Source: an uncultured Candidatus Saccharibacteria bacterium (lineage in GTDB: Bacteria > Patescibacteriota > Minisyncoccia > Phycocordibacterales > UBA918). From it: a DNA stretch of 64,000 nt. The DNA lies in the NCBI GenBank assembly GCA_964552045.1, contig CAZKFF010000005.1, positions 34,302 through 98,301 on the forward strand. Reading direction: 5' to 3'. Position 1 is the stretch's first letter; every line of letters begins with the position of its first letter. The position numbers were made by a program, and so were the translations under genes. Positions 18,722 through 26,793 of the stretch are shown one piece after another. Below the pieces are notes generated by a model. The model saw only the letters and a program-made list of their open reading frames with translations. It made no database searches and was not told the DNA's origin.

Positions 18722-19684
18722 TTATTCACTGAGTGATACCCCCATTCCTTTAAGCAGGTCGATGATCTCTTCAACGCCTTTAGGCCCAATGCCGTCGAGC
18801 GCTAGGATATCATCTTTTTTCTTTCGCACAAGTCCGCCGATGGTGCGGATGTTCGCTTCTTCGAGCGCTGAAAGCGTCCGTGAAGAGAGGTCGAGCGTTT
18901 CAATGCGGGTCTTGAGAATATCTGGATCGATCTCCGCCTTCGTTTCCTGCTGTACTGAGGTCTCAGCTTCCTCAGGCGCTGCAGCGCTTTGCTCCTGGAA
19001 GCCGATGACCGCCTTCAGCTGGTGGATCATAACCTCGATAGACTGTTCAAGCGCTTCCCGGGGAGACATGGTGCCGTCTGTTTCGATAAAGACGCGCAGA
19101 CGGTTGTAGTCAGTCCGGTCGCCCACACGCATGTTCTCCACCTCGTAGTTTGCGCGGCGGATCGGTGTGAATACGGCGTCGAGCGCAATGGTGCCGATCT
19201 CAACCTTGTCTTTCTGGTGCGCCTCGCGGGGCACATAGCCGAGACCCTGCTCCACTTTCATTTCGATTTCAAGCTCGCCAGTCTTTGCGGTGATCTCTGC
19301 GATCGCCTGCTCCGGGCTTAAGATCTCAACCTGTGACGGTGCGGTTATGTCTGCTGCAGTCACCACGCCCGCCCCTTTCTTTTTGAGGGTGATCGTTACC
19401 GCGTCAGTGCCATGGAGCGCAAGACGTATACGCTTGATATTAAGCAGAATGGTGATGACGTCTTCGCGGATGCCGTCGAGCGTTGAGAACTCATGTTCTG
19501 CGCCGTTGATCTTCACCTGCGTGATTGCTGCACCGGGAAGCGATGAAAGGATGATGCGGCGAAGCGAGTTGCCGAGCGTGTGCCCATATCCAGGATAGAG
19601 ACCATCAATTTCATAAACGCCACGAAATTCCTCCTCAGTTACGATTCGTGGCTTTGATGGTAGCGCAATGTTTGTCTCTAACAT
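18722..19684 (-). CDS. rpoA: DNA-directed RNA polymerase subunit alpha
   Basis: 320 aa with NTD and CTD (the CTD helix-hairpin-helix region GIGPKGVEEI). Confidence 0.92.
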   Translation of the reverse strand: MLETNIALPSKPRIVTEEEFRGVYEIDGLYPGYGHTLGNSLRRIILSSLPGAAITQVKINGAEHEFSTLDGIREDVITILLNIKRIRLALHGTDAVTITLKKKGAGVVTAADITAPSQVEILSPEQAIAEITAKTGELEIEMKVEQGLGYVPREAHQKDKVEIGTIALDAVFTPIRRANYEVENMRVGDRTDYNRLRVFIETDGTMSPREALEQSIEVMIHQLKAVIGFQEQSAAAPEEAETSVQQETKAEIDPDILKTRIETLDLSSRTLSALEEANIRTIGGLVRKKKDDILALDGIGPKGVEEIIDLLKGMGVSLSE

Positions 19685-19723
19685 AATATTGTTCTTAATT
19701 TTGCTAACTAATGAGCGTAGACG

Positions 19724-20332
19724 TTATCGGCTGTAGTACTCAAATACTTGTTCAGGATCAAATAGGTTTTCAGCTGGCGCATAGGTTGGAACACCGGTTG
19801 TCTTTCCCTCAAGTTTCTTTATGTCGAACGAAAGCCATGCAGGGATCGAGGCTGACTCGAGCGTCTCAGCAAGGTTGGTGAAGATGATCGACTGCTTGCT
19901 TCCCTCTCGCACAGAAATAACATCATTCACCTTAACTTTGTGTGAAGGAATGGTCATGCGCTTTCCATTGACAAGGATATGACCGTGCGAGACCATCTGT
20001 CGGGCGAATCGGCGTGTCTTTGCAAGGCCGAGTCGATAGACCACGTTATCAAGGCGCTGCTCAAGACGCGTGTATAGGCTCACCACAGGTTGCTCGCTCT
20101 TCTCGAGTGCTTCGTCAACGTACCGTCGCAACTGCTTTTCAGTGATGCCGTACGTGAACTGCATCTTCTGCTTCTCAATGAGCTGTCGCTTATAGTCGCT
20201 CATCTGGCCAGGCTTTCGTTTTGCAGGGCGGCCCTGCTTAGATTCTGAAAGCGCGAATTTCTGTGTCTGCGTCTTTTCAAAGATAGGAGCGCCGAGACGT
20301 TTTGCAATTTTAAATTTTGGTCCGATTTTCAT
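19724..20332 (-). CDS. rpsD: 30S ribosomal protein S4
   Basis: 202 aa with an S4 domain. Confidence 0.9.
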   Translation of the reverse strand: MKIGPKFKIAKRLGAPIFEKTQTQKFALSESKQGRPAKRKPGQMSDYKRQLIEKQKMQFTYGITEKQLRRYVDEALEKSEQPVVSLYTRLEQRLDNVVYRLGLAKTRRFARQMVSHGHILVNGKRMTIPSHKVKVNDVISVREGSKQSIIFTNLAETLESASIPAWLSFDIKKLEGKTTGVPTYAPAENLFDPEQVFEYYSR

Positions 20333-20344
20333 ACGTTGTGATTA

Positions 20345-20776
20345 TTAGATGCGGCGAGCCTTAGGTGCACGTGGTCCGTTGTGCGGTACTGGCGTCATGT
20401 CGGTGATCTTTGAAACACCGATGCCTTTGCCGGAAAATGAACGAAGTGCTGATTCCCGACCTGCACCGACTCCGCGGATCACTACTTCTGCTTCTTTCAT
20501 GCCCATCTGGAGCGCTTTGTCTCCGATGATCTCTCCGACCTTTGCAGCAGCAAAAGGAGTCGATTTGCGCGAGCCCTTGAAGCCGAGCGCACCGCTGCTT
20601 GCAGCCATCACTGTATTGCCCTTCGTGTCGCAGAGCGTCAGGATCGTGTTATTGAATGTGGCGAGGATGTTGAGGCGTCCATTGACCACTTTCTTCTTTG
20701 GAATGCGATTGAGTGCGCGAGATGTGCCGCTGACATCTGAACCGCCTCCCTTCTTTATGATTCGTTTCTTACCCAT
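20345..20776 (-). CDS. rpsK: 30S ribosomal protein S11
   Basis: 143 aa with an S11 signature. Confidence 0.9.
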   Translation of the reverse strand: MGKKRIIKKGGGSDVSGTSRALNRIPKKKVVNGRLNILATFNNTILTLCDTKGNTVMAASSGALGFKGSRKSTPFAAAKVGEIIGDKALQMGMKEAEVVIRGVGAGRESALRSFSGKGIGVSKITDMTPVPHNGPRAPKARRI

Positions 20777-20804
20777 AGGAAAATCAATTGATTTCTAACA
20801 AATA

Positions 20805-21182
20805 TTAAGTCTTTTCGAGCTTACGCTTTCCAGAACCCATCGTCTTCTTAACACCCTTGAGCGTACGGGCATTGGTCTTCGTCCGCTGGCCGCGGGACGG
20901 AAGCCGCTTCGCATGACGCGAACCGCGATATGACTGAATGTCCTTCAGCCGCTTGATGTTCGAGGATACCTGACGCTTGAGTTCGCCTTCAATAGGAAAT
21001 GCTTCGATCTTCACTCGAATAGCATTCTCCTGTTCTGTTGAAATATCTGTCGGCTTTGTGAATTCCTTGATGCCGAGCTCCGCGAGAATAGACTTCGCAC
21101 GAGCATAGCCAATACCATGAATAGCGGTGAGACCGTACTCGAGGTGTTTGTCGTCTTTGATGGTGATACCTGCAATACGCAT
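20805..21182 (-). CDS. rpsM: 30S ribosomal protein S13
   Basis: 125 aa with an S13 signature and a basic C-terminal tail. Confidence 0.9.
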   Translation of the reverse strand: MRIAGITIKDDKHLEYGLTAIHGIGYARAKSILAELGIKEFTKPTDISTEQENAIRVKIEAFPIEGELKRQVSSNIKRLKDIQSYRGSRHAKRLPSRGQRTKTNARTLKGVKKTMGSGKRKLEKT

Positions 21183-21191
21183 ATTGATACT

Positions 21192-21308
21192 TTAACCTTG
21201 TCGCTGCTTATGTCGCGGCTTCAACTTATTAATAACGTACACACGACCTCGTCGGCGAACGATTTTGTCGTCTGGACTCATTTTTTTAACTGATGATCGT
21301 ACTTTCAT
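21192..21308 (-). CDS. rpmJ: 50S ribosomal protein L36
   Basis: Manual translation gives [38 protein letters not shown] (38 aa). It is below the ORF-track length cutoff and sits between infA and rpsM as in the conserved operon. Confidence 0.75.
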   Translation of the reverse strand: MKVRSSVKKMSPDDKIVRRRGRVYVINKLKPRHKQRQG

Positions 21309-21313
21309 AATTT

Positions 21314-21541
21314 TTAAAGGCGTTTTGTTATCCTCCCCTTGCCTCCGTATGGATCAGGAACAATGGCAACCTTGTCTCCGACAAGCACCCGGATCCTGAA
21401 TTTGCGCATTTTTCCTGCAAGGTACGCAATTTGCTTTTCTCCTGTGCCGTCCAGTACTACGCGAAAAAGCGCATTTGGAAGCGCTTCCTCTACTGTTCCG
21501 TAGACGAGGTTATCTTGTGATTGATCCATTAAACGTGCCAA
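21314..21541 (-). CDS. infA: Translation initiation factor IF-1
   Basis: S1-like OB fold; contains [16 protein letters not shown]. The true start may be the internal Met at 21529. Confidence 0.85.
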   Translation of the reverse strand: MARLMDQSQDNLVYGTVEEALPNALFRVVLDGTGEKQIAYLAGKMRKFRIRVLVGDKVAIVPDPYGGKGRITKRL

Positions 21542-21580
21542 AGTCTAGCAAAAGAAGTCGATGGCGTCAATAGTATGGAG

Positions 21581-22897
21581 CTATTCCGTGGCTTCAATGA
21601 TCTCGATAATCTCGATCTCGTCCATATGCGTCGGGAATGTGGTCTTCCAGAACGGCCGAATGACTGCGTTTGCCCGCTCAATCGCCGGATATGCCCCGAG
21701 AATACCGGTAAGTGCGGTCTTGTTGGCATTGACGAGATCGGCCTTGAGCTTTTCAACGTCATACGTCCACACGATCTGCGGTTTGCCGGTAAGGTTGAAC
21801 GAAAGCGATGTGGCATTGCTAATATCTGAGGAAGTTGTGGTCGCGTCGGTATAGCTGAAGGCAAAACTGCTGTAATCGCTGATGCGAACGGGAGCTTTTT
21901 CATATCCCGGGATCGTCGCCTGTGCGATGAATGCAGCGAAGGCATCTTCCTTGAAAAGCGGTACGCGCAACAGGACTTTCTCCTTGATGGTCGCAAGATT
22001 CTCGCCGTACTCAACCGAAGGCAATGATTCGTAGGTGAAGGTCACCGCATCTTTGAACATGACAAAGCCGGCCGGCTTCTCGGCGTCCATTCGCCCCAGC
22101 AGTGAGTTGCGCAGTTCCGTGCGAAGCGCCTGTTGTGCGACCTGGAGCTCGTCCTCATCAATGATGAATTTCATGCCGTTGAATCCCCCGGTAAAGTCAG
22201 AAGTCGATTCCGCATAAATAGTCGTATATTCCGGCTCGCCCTTGAAGCCGGGAACGGTGAATGTGCTCGGGCCGATATTGTACTGTTCGCCCACTTCGTC
22301 CGCATATACTTCAGCTGTAGTCACCCCCGGGACTTTTGTGTCACCGTCCATCGTGTATCCGGGCACGATAGCAGGATCCTTGATCTTGAAGATAAGCCCG
22401 TCGGGAGATTCGAAGCGGGTGTTGGTGACCAGACGGATCGGCTCTGTCTGCTGTGCGTTATATATGAAAATAGTGCCGAGCGCCTGAGACGCAACCATCT
22501 CCTGGCCTGAGGCGGTCACCTGACGTTCCCCTTCCGCCTCGAGGATCATGATCTCATAGGGCAACTCGTCTGCTGATGCAACCTTCTTCGCTTCAAAGAC
22601 AGCATTGACGTTCGGCTCGCGGTGCTTCGGGTATACGGTCACATCAGCTCCGCCCATCAGTGCGCTCGCCAGCACTCCGCCGCCGACCACTAGCACAAAA
22701 ATGATCACAGCATACAGGAGCGATTTGTTCTTCTTCTTATTTCCATCCATAATGCGGATGCTCATCGCATCCTCGGCTTCTTCTTTGGGCATCTGGAGAG
22801 GTCTTTCCTGAGCTACGGGCGTTTCCTGAGGTGCAGGAGTTCGGCGTTTTCGTGGTGTTGCTGGACGAATATCCTGTAAATTCCACTTTTGTGTCAT
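21581..22897 (-). CDS. Hypothetical bitopic membrane protein (about 58-aa cytoplasmic N-terminal region, one TM, about 350-aa extracytoplasmic domain)
   Basis: Charged N-terminus, then a single hydrophobic helix LLYAVIIFVLVVGGGVLASALMG, then a large beta-rich domain. No motif recognised. Confidence 0.45.
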   Translation of the reverse strand: MTQKWNLQDIRPATPRKRRTPAPQETPVAQERPLQMPKEEAEDAMSIRIMDGNKKKNKSLLYAVIIFVLVVGGGVLASALMGGADVTVYPKHREPNVNAVFEAKKVASADELPYEIMILEAEGERQVTASGQEMVASQALGTIFIYNAQQTEPIRLVTNTRFESPDGLIFKIKDPAIVPGYTMDGDTKVPGVTTAEVYADEVGEQYNIGPSTFTVPGFKGEPEYTTIYAESTSDFTGGFNGMKFIIDEDELQVAQQALRTELRNSLLGRMDAEKPAGFVMFKDAVTFTYESLPSVEYGENLATIKEKVLLRVPLFKEDAFAAFIAQATIPGYEKAPVRISDYSSFAFSYTDATTTSSDISNATSLSFNLTGKPQIVWTYDVEKLKADLVNANKTALTGILGAYPAIERANAVIRPFWKTTFPTHMDEIEIIEIIEATE

Positions 22898-22957
22898 GAT
22901 CTTAGTATACCTATAAGCTCTTAAAAATCCTACCGCGCTCTGTGCAAGAAATAAGCA

Positions 22958-24157
22958 TTATTTTTCCAGCCGCAGGTCGGCGTATGACTCACGTGTGTGG
23001 AAATAATAGGCGGAGAGGGCAAGCGCTGTATCCTCCATTTTTGTATCGCCGAGGAGTTCAGAAGTGAAGTGGTGCACGGTATGGTTTGATGATGTTGCCT
23101 TCTTCGCACCGTCCTTCAGATGCTTTGCAAAGAATTCCTCAGTGCGTTTCGACGTATGCAGAAAAAGTGACCGCGGGATGGAAAGCGCATCGCCGGTGCG
23201 TTTGAACAGATCGGCTATTTTAGCTTCGTATGCATCAGAAATATCCATGACTTCAGCGAACTGGCTGTCGCTGAAATGGGCCTTCAGCTCCTCCTCTCCG
23301 TTCTTGAGCGTCGCAAAAGCCTCCTCTTTTGGGATACCGGTTGCGACTGCGATCTCACGTGCAAGACTGTACATGCCAAACGGCGTATGCGTGGTGTGCC
23401 AGAGCACATTGTCGCGCACGATCCCTATTTCAGTCGCTTCGTTGGTGACATCGATCAGACAAATCTCCGACGTGTCGGGATGCAGATCCTTCAGTACCCG
23501 GTAAAACAAATACATGAACGAATAATACTCAATGGTGACGCGCGGAAGTATCTTGTGTATGGAGTCCTCCAAAGTAAGCAGTATTTTTTCCTGTGCGACG
23601 GCGCTTATGTGTGAAAGCTCAATAGCCGTGGCAGTCTTTCCCTCAGGCTTCTCTACCGAATAACCGTTGAGCTGCACGTTTACCGAAGCATCGGTGATCA
23701 TGCGCAAACCAAGGTCAGAGACAAGCTGTCCATCGACAGTCGTCTCGAGCGTCTGCTTCCGCGCGGTTTCAATGAGCTGGCTCATGAGCGGTCGATTTAC
23801 TTCAAATCCGTGCACGTTCTCATAGCTGATGGTCTTGGTTATGGTATACGACCAGGGGGCACAGAGAGCGACCTGTACATGGCGAATGCGCATATGAGGA
23901 TCATGCGCATGGAGCGATTTCAGGCCGGTGCTCCCCAGGACAAGCAGCGCATTCACCACTGTCGTGCAGATATCACGGAGTGATTCTTCAGCATGCGCGG
24001 TGTCCTTGATGCGCATATACTCACGGTAGGTCCAGACCACATCCATGACGTCGGTCTCATTGTTGGAGACGACTATAGCGATGCCCACGCTCCCTGAGCC
24101 GATATCAATGACAGCTCCGCACTCAGTTGGTGGCACTTTCGAAGAAAACAAGGACAT
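22958..24157 (-). CDS. Actin-like ASKHA-superfamily ATPase (FtsA/PilM-like)
   Basis: Phosphate-1 motif GAVIDIGSGSVGIAIV and phosphate-2-like CLIDVTNEATEIGIV. About 400 aa. Could not discriminate FtsA from PilM from Ppx/GppA by eye. Confidence 0.5.
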   Translation of the reverse strand: MSLFSSKVPPTECGAVIDIGSGSVGIAIVVSNNETDVMDVVWTYREYMRIKDTAHAEESLRDICTTVVNALLVLGSTGLKSLHAHDPHMRIRHVQVALCAPWSYTITKTISYENVHGFEVNRPLMSQLIETARKQTLETTVDGQLVSDLGLRMITDASVNVQLNGYSVEKPEGKTATAIELSHISAVAQEKILLTLEDSIHKILPRVTIEYYSFMYLFYRVLKDLHPDTSEICLIDVTNEATEIGIVRDNVLWHTTHTPFGMYSLAREIAVATGIPKEEAFATLKNGEEELKAHFSDSQFAEVMDISDAYEAKIADLFKRTGDALSIPRSLFLHTSKRTEEFFAKHLKDGAKKATSSNHTVHHFTSELLGDTKMEDTALALSAYYFHTRESYADLRLEK

Positions 24158-24253
24158 TATGCATACAGTATACCGCATCGGTATGTTTAGCTCGCGGTGC
24201 TTTTATCCACGCTGGACATGAACTCTTGCAGCATCATGATACTGCAAATGCTG

Positions 24254-25285
24254 TTAAAAAGTTGCGAATATCTTTTTATCCTGTGTTTCAATTCTCACGA
24301 CACCTCCATACGGCATAGGTATTTGTGGGTCGGTATGTCCGAAGTCCATATTCTGGACAATAGGTATGTGTGGATTGTACTTCCGGACGATATCTCTGAT
24401 GCACGTTCTTTGTTCTTCACGATACCTCGCTTTTTCATTGACATCCATCTGTTTGTCGAATTCCCAAGCTTTTGGTCTTCCGACCAGTATGCCTTTGATC
24501 TCGGCGAGAATACCGCGCTCGCCAAGAGCCCGCATCACCCGCATCACATACGCGGATGAGGGAATCTCCTCAGAAGTTTCAAGCATAAGCACAATATCCC
24601 TGAACTGCGTGAGGGTCGGGACAGGCACGCCGTTGCGGAGCATTTCATCGATCGATTCAATACAACCTCCCCACAGGAGCCCCGATCCCTGTGCGGTGCC
24701 ATCCCAATCCCACCCGCTGTTTGGTTCATAGACACGACGCTGTGACAATAAGTGACGATCCTCCCAGCTGTGCCCCCGATCGTTGTATTCCTCTGATGCG
24801 GTCAGCTCGATCTCATCGCTTTCGAAAAGCGCGTGCTTGATATAGGAGATGGTGAAGTCATCCATGTGGCCTTGCATCGCAAATTGGGTGAAAAGCGCTG
24901 CACCGTAATATGAAGGAATCCCATTGAGGAATAAAAAATTGCAGAAATGCGAGTTATCGCTGAAACCAAAAAAAGGTTTTGGATGCTGTACAAAGACGTC
25001 AGGATGCAGATATTTGACGTATGTGACCTGATCATCACCGCCAATCGAACTGATCACTGCTTTTATGCTGTTGTCATTGAACGCGGCGATAAGATCATCC
25101 GCCCGCTCCTGTGTGGTCGCGTCGATCTTTGCAGTGGCTGGAAATGGGACTGGCACAAGACCGAATACGTCGCGTATGCGCTGCAGACCTAATGCATATA
25201 CATGCGGCCATCTTCCTGGGGCGGCATATGAAGGCGAGACTATCGCTACCGCGTCCCCCGCTTTTAGTTTGGTGAGTGTTTTCAT
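24254..25285 (-). CDS. LD-carboxypeptidase (peptidase S66, LdcA/MccF-like)
   Basis: GDAVAIVSPS N-terminal motif, the Ser nucleophile context GFSDNS, and a C-terminal His (FGHTD). Confidence 0.7.
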   Translation of the reverse strand: MKTLTKLKAGDAVAIVSPSYAAPGRWPHVYALGLQRIRDVFGLVPVPFPATAKIDATTQERADDLIAAFNDNSIKAVISSIGGDDQVTYVKYLHPDVFVQHPKPFFGFSDNSHFCNFLFLNGIPSYYGAALFTQFAMQGHMDDFTISYIKHALFESDEIELTASEEYNDRGHSWEDRHLLSQRRVYEPNSGWDWDGTAQGSGLLWGGCIESIDEMLRNGVPVPTLTQFRDIVLMLETSEEIPSSAYVMRVMRALGERGILAEIKGILVGRPKAWEFDKQMDVNEKARYREEQRTCIRDIVRKYNPHIPIVQNMDFGHTDPQIPMPYGGVVRIETQDKKIFATF

Positions 25286-25862
25286 ATTATGGATTCATAC
25301 TCCCGGTTCGGTAGTGAGTCTCTGCTTCACTTGATCCAAGATTCACCCGAGTTGCTCAGACAACTGACTCCTTACGTGCGTTGTCCCATCCAATATTATG
25401 TTTTCATACCCCATGAGTATAACAGAGCGATTTCATTATGCTTTCACTCGCCCCGTGTATAGTACACACCAGAGGCGCAACAGAGCGCGGTCGATCCTTA
25501 CCTCAACGACGCGTTGTTTAGGTACTTATAAGTACAGTCACATATTACGGGCCTTACTTAATGCACTGCTTATGAAAACCACCACCCTTTCAGCTGTACC
25601 GGATTCTTATATGCACGAAACACAATTCAACATGACGCAATCTCAGGCTATCCCTTCGGCCTCACATACCTCAGTTTCGACAATTCCCTTATATGACATA
25701 CTCGCGACAGGTGTCTTCCCTTTACAAAGCTGGTATGGAACACAGCAAGCTGCTATGTATGACATTCACCCCTTGCAGTATCAGCCGATGACTCACCTGT
25801 CCGCTATCGCACCCGATACTTCACCGTTCGTGTGATTGGACTTGCAAGTAGAGCCTCTAAAA

Positions 25863-25903
25863 CCACACCCGTCCTCATGCAGGGCGGGTGTGTTGCCTTT
25901 TTC
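25863..25903 (+). terminator. Intrinsic terminator-like hairpin (plus strand)
   Basis: ACACCCG-(loop)-CGGGTGTGT followed by GCCTTTTTCC. It closes an approximately 500-nt plus-strand region that has no credible CDS. Confidence 0.4.
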
Positions 25904-25951
25904 CATCCTACGTCCTATAGTTTTACTGTTGAGTAAGCATACGGAGGAGAG

Positions 25952-26140
25952 ATGCAGAACCAACAGTTGGCAGGAGATATCAAAGAAAGCAGACCGGATT
26001 CCAGACCGCCGGACGACTGGCGGAAGCTCGGCACTGGCCCCTTGCGCCACACGACCCCGAAGGAGCGGAACCATCGCAACCGGGGCATGGCCTCGAACAC
26101 CGACGGGTGGAAAGAGAGCATTCGCGAAGATCGCGACTGA
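25952..26140 (+). CDS. Hypothetical small, highly charged protein (62 aa)
   Basis: A GGAGGAGAG motif sits 5 nt before the ATG, and a terminator hairpin lies 18 nt after the stop. The protein is hydrophilic and low-complexity (MQNQQLAGDIKESRPDSRPPDDWRK...). Other genes here lack SD motifs, so the SD may be coincidental. Confidence 0.3.
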   Translation: MQNQQLAGDIKESRPDSRPPDDWRKLGTGPLRHTTPKERNHRNRGMASNTDGWKESIREDRD

Positions 26141-26157
26141 GCGCTCCGACCACACAG

Positions 26158-26195
26158 CAAGAGACGCGCCATCAAAGCGCGTCTCTATTAGTTTT
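26158..26195 (+). terminator. Intrinsic terminator hairpin shared by a convergent gene pair
   Basis: AGAGACGCGC-catcaaa-GCGCGTCTCT followed by ATTAGTTTTCATTG. Confidence 0.4.
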
Positions 26196-26216
26196 CATTG
26201 TTAAGATAGGAGATAG

Positions 26217-26771
26217 CTAAGTGACTGATTGATCAACGATTGCAACAGTTACGCGAGGTCTTGCATTACTGCCATCCGTAAGGATAATCTCATATTTAAA
26301 TCTAAATCTATAGAGCAACCATTTGAGGCGATTAGACCGGTACGTCAAGGTGACTTCAAGGAAAGCAGAATTATCTTGGTATTCATTGTTAAGCAACTTA
26401 TTAATTCCAGTCTCATTAATCATTCCAAGCTCAAACGTAGGTGGTTGAGTATCCTTCGGGAAGACGTAGGCATGTATATCTTTTGCCGCATGATAAAGTT
26501 CATCCCCAATTTTAATCGCCACGTCTTCCTTTTTGGCAGAAAAAAATGTCGGTACTGAGCCAAGGTTTATTACACGAGCTAAGAAAATGAAACTTCTATT
26601 TCTCTCAATAACCTCAATATCCAATTTTAAATATGGTCTCCTTCGAAAATAATATTCAAAAATTGCCAACACAAGTGCAATGACTGCTGTGATTGCAGAA
26701 ATCCATTCAGGATTAAATGGCTCAGTTTCAATTCTTTCAACACAGTGAGATACGTAATAAAATGCATCCAT
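26217..26771 (-). CDS. Hypothetical membrane-anchored protein in an AT-rich islet
   Basis: 184 aa with an N-terminal TM (ISAITAVIALVLAIFEYYF). Local GC is about 38% against about 52% in flanking DNA. Confidence 0.45.
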   Translation of the reverse strand: MDAFYYVSHCVERIETEPFNPEWISAITAVIALVLAIFEYYFRRRPYLKLDIEVIERNRSFIFLARVINLGSVPTFFSAKKEDVAIKIGDELYHAAKDIHAYVFPKDTQPPTFELGMINETGINKLLNNEYQDNSAFLEVTLTYRSNRLKWLLYRFRFKYEIILTDGSNARPRVTVAIVDQSVT

Positions 26772-26793
26772 AGTACTCCACTACTATAAAAGT

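Noticed and set aside
25398-25835. 145-aa plus-strand ORF in the ldcA-alaS spacer.
   Set aside because: Composition is S/T/Q/H/Y/P-rich with very few charged residues and no hydrophobic periodicity. More likely non-coding RNA or spacer; reported as a finding instead of a CDS.
25940-25951. The strong GGAGGAGAG Shine-Dalgarno before the 62-aa ORF as proof of translation.
   Set aside because: Other bona fide genes in the window lack SD motifs, so a single GGAGG may be coincidental. The ORF is kept only as a low-confidence CDS.
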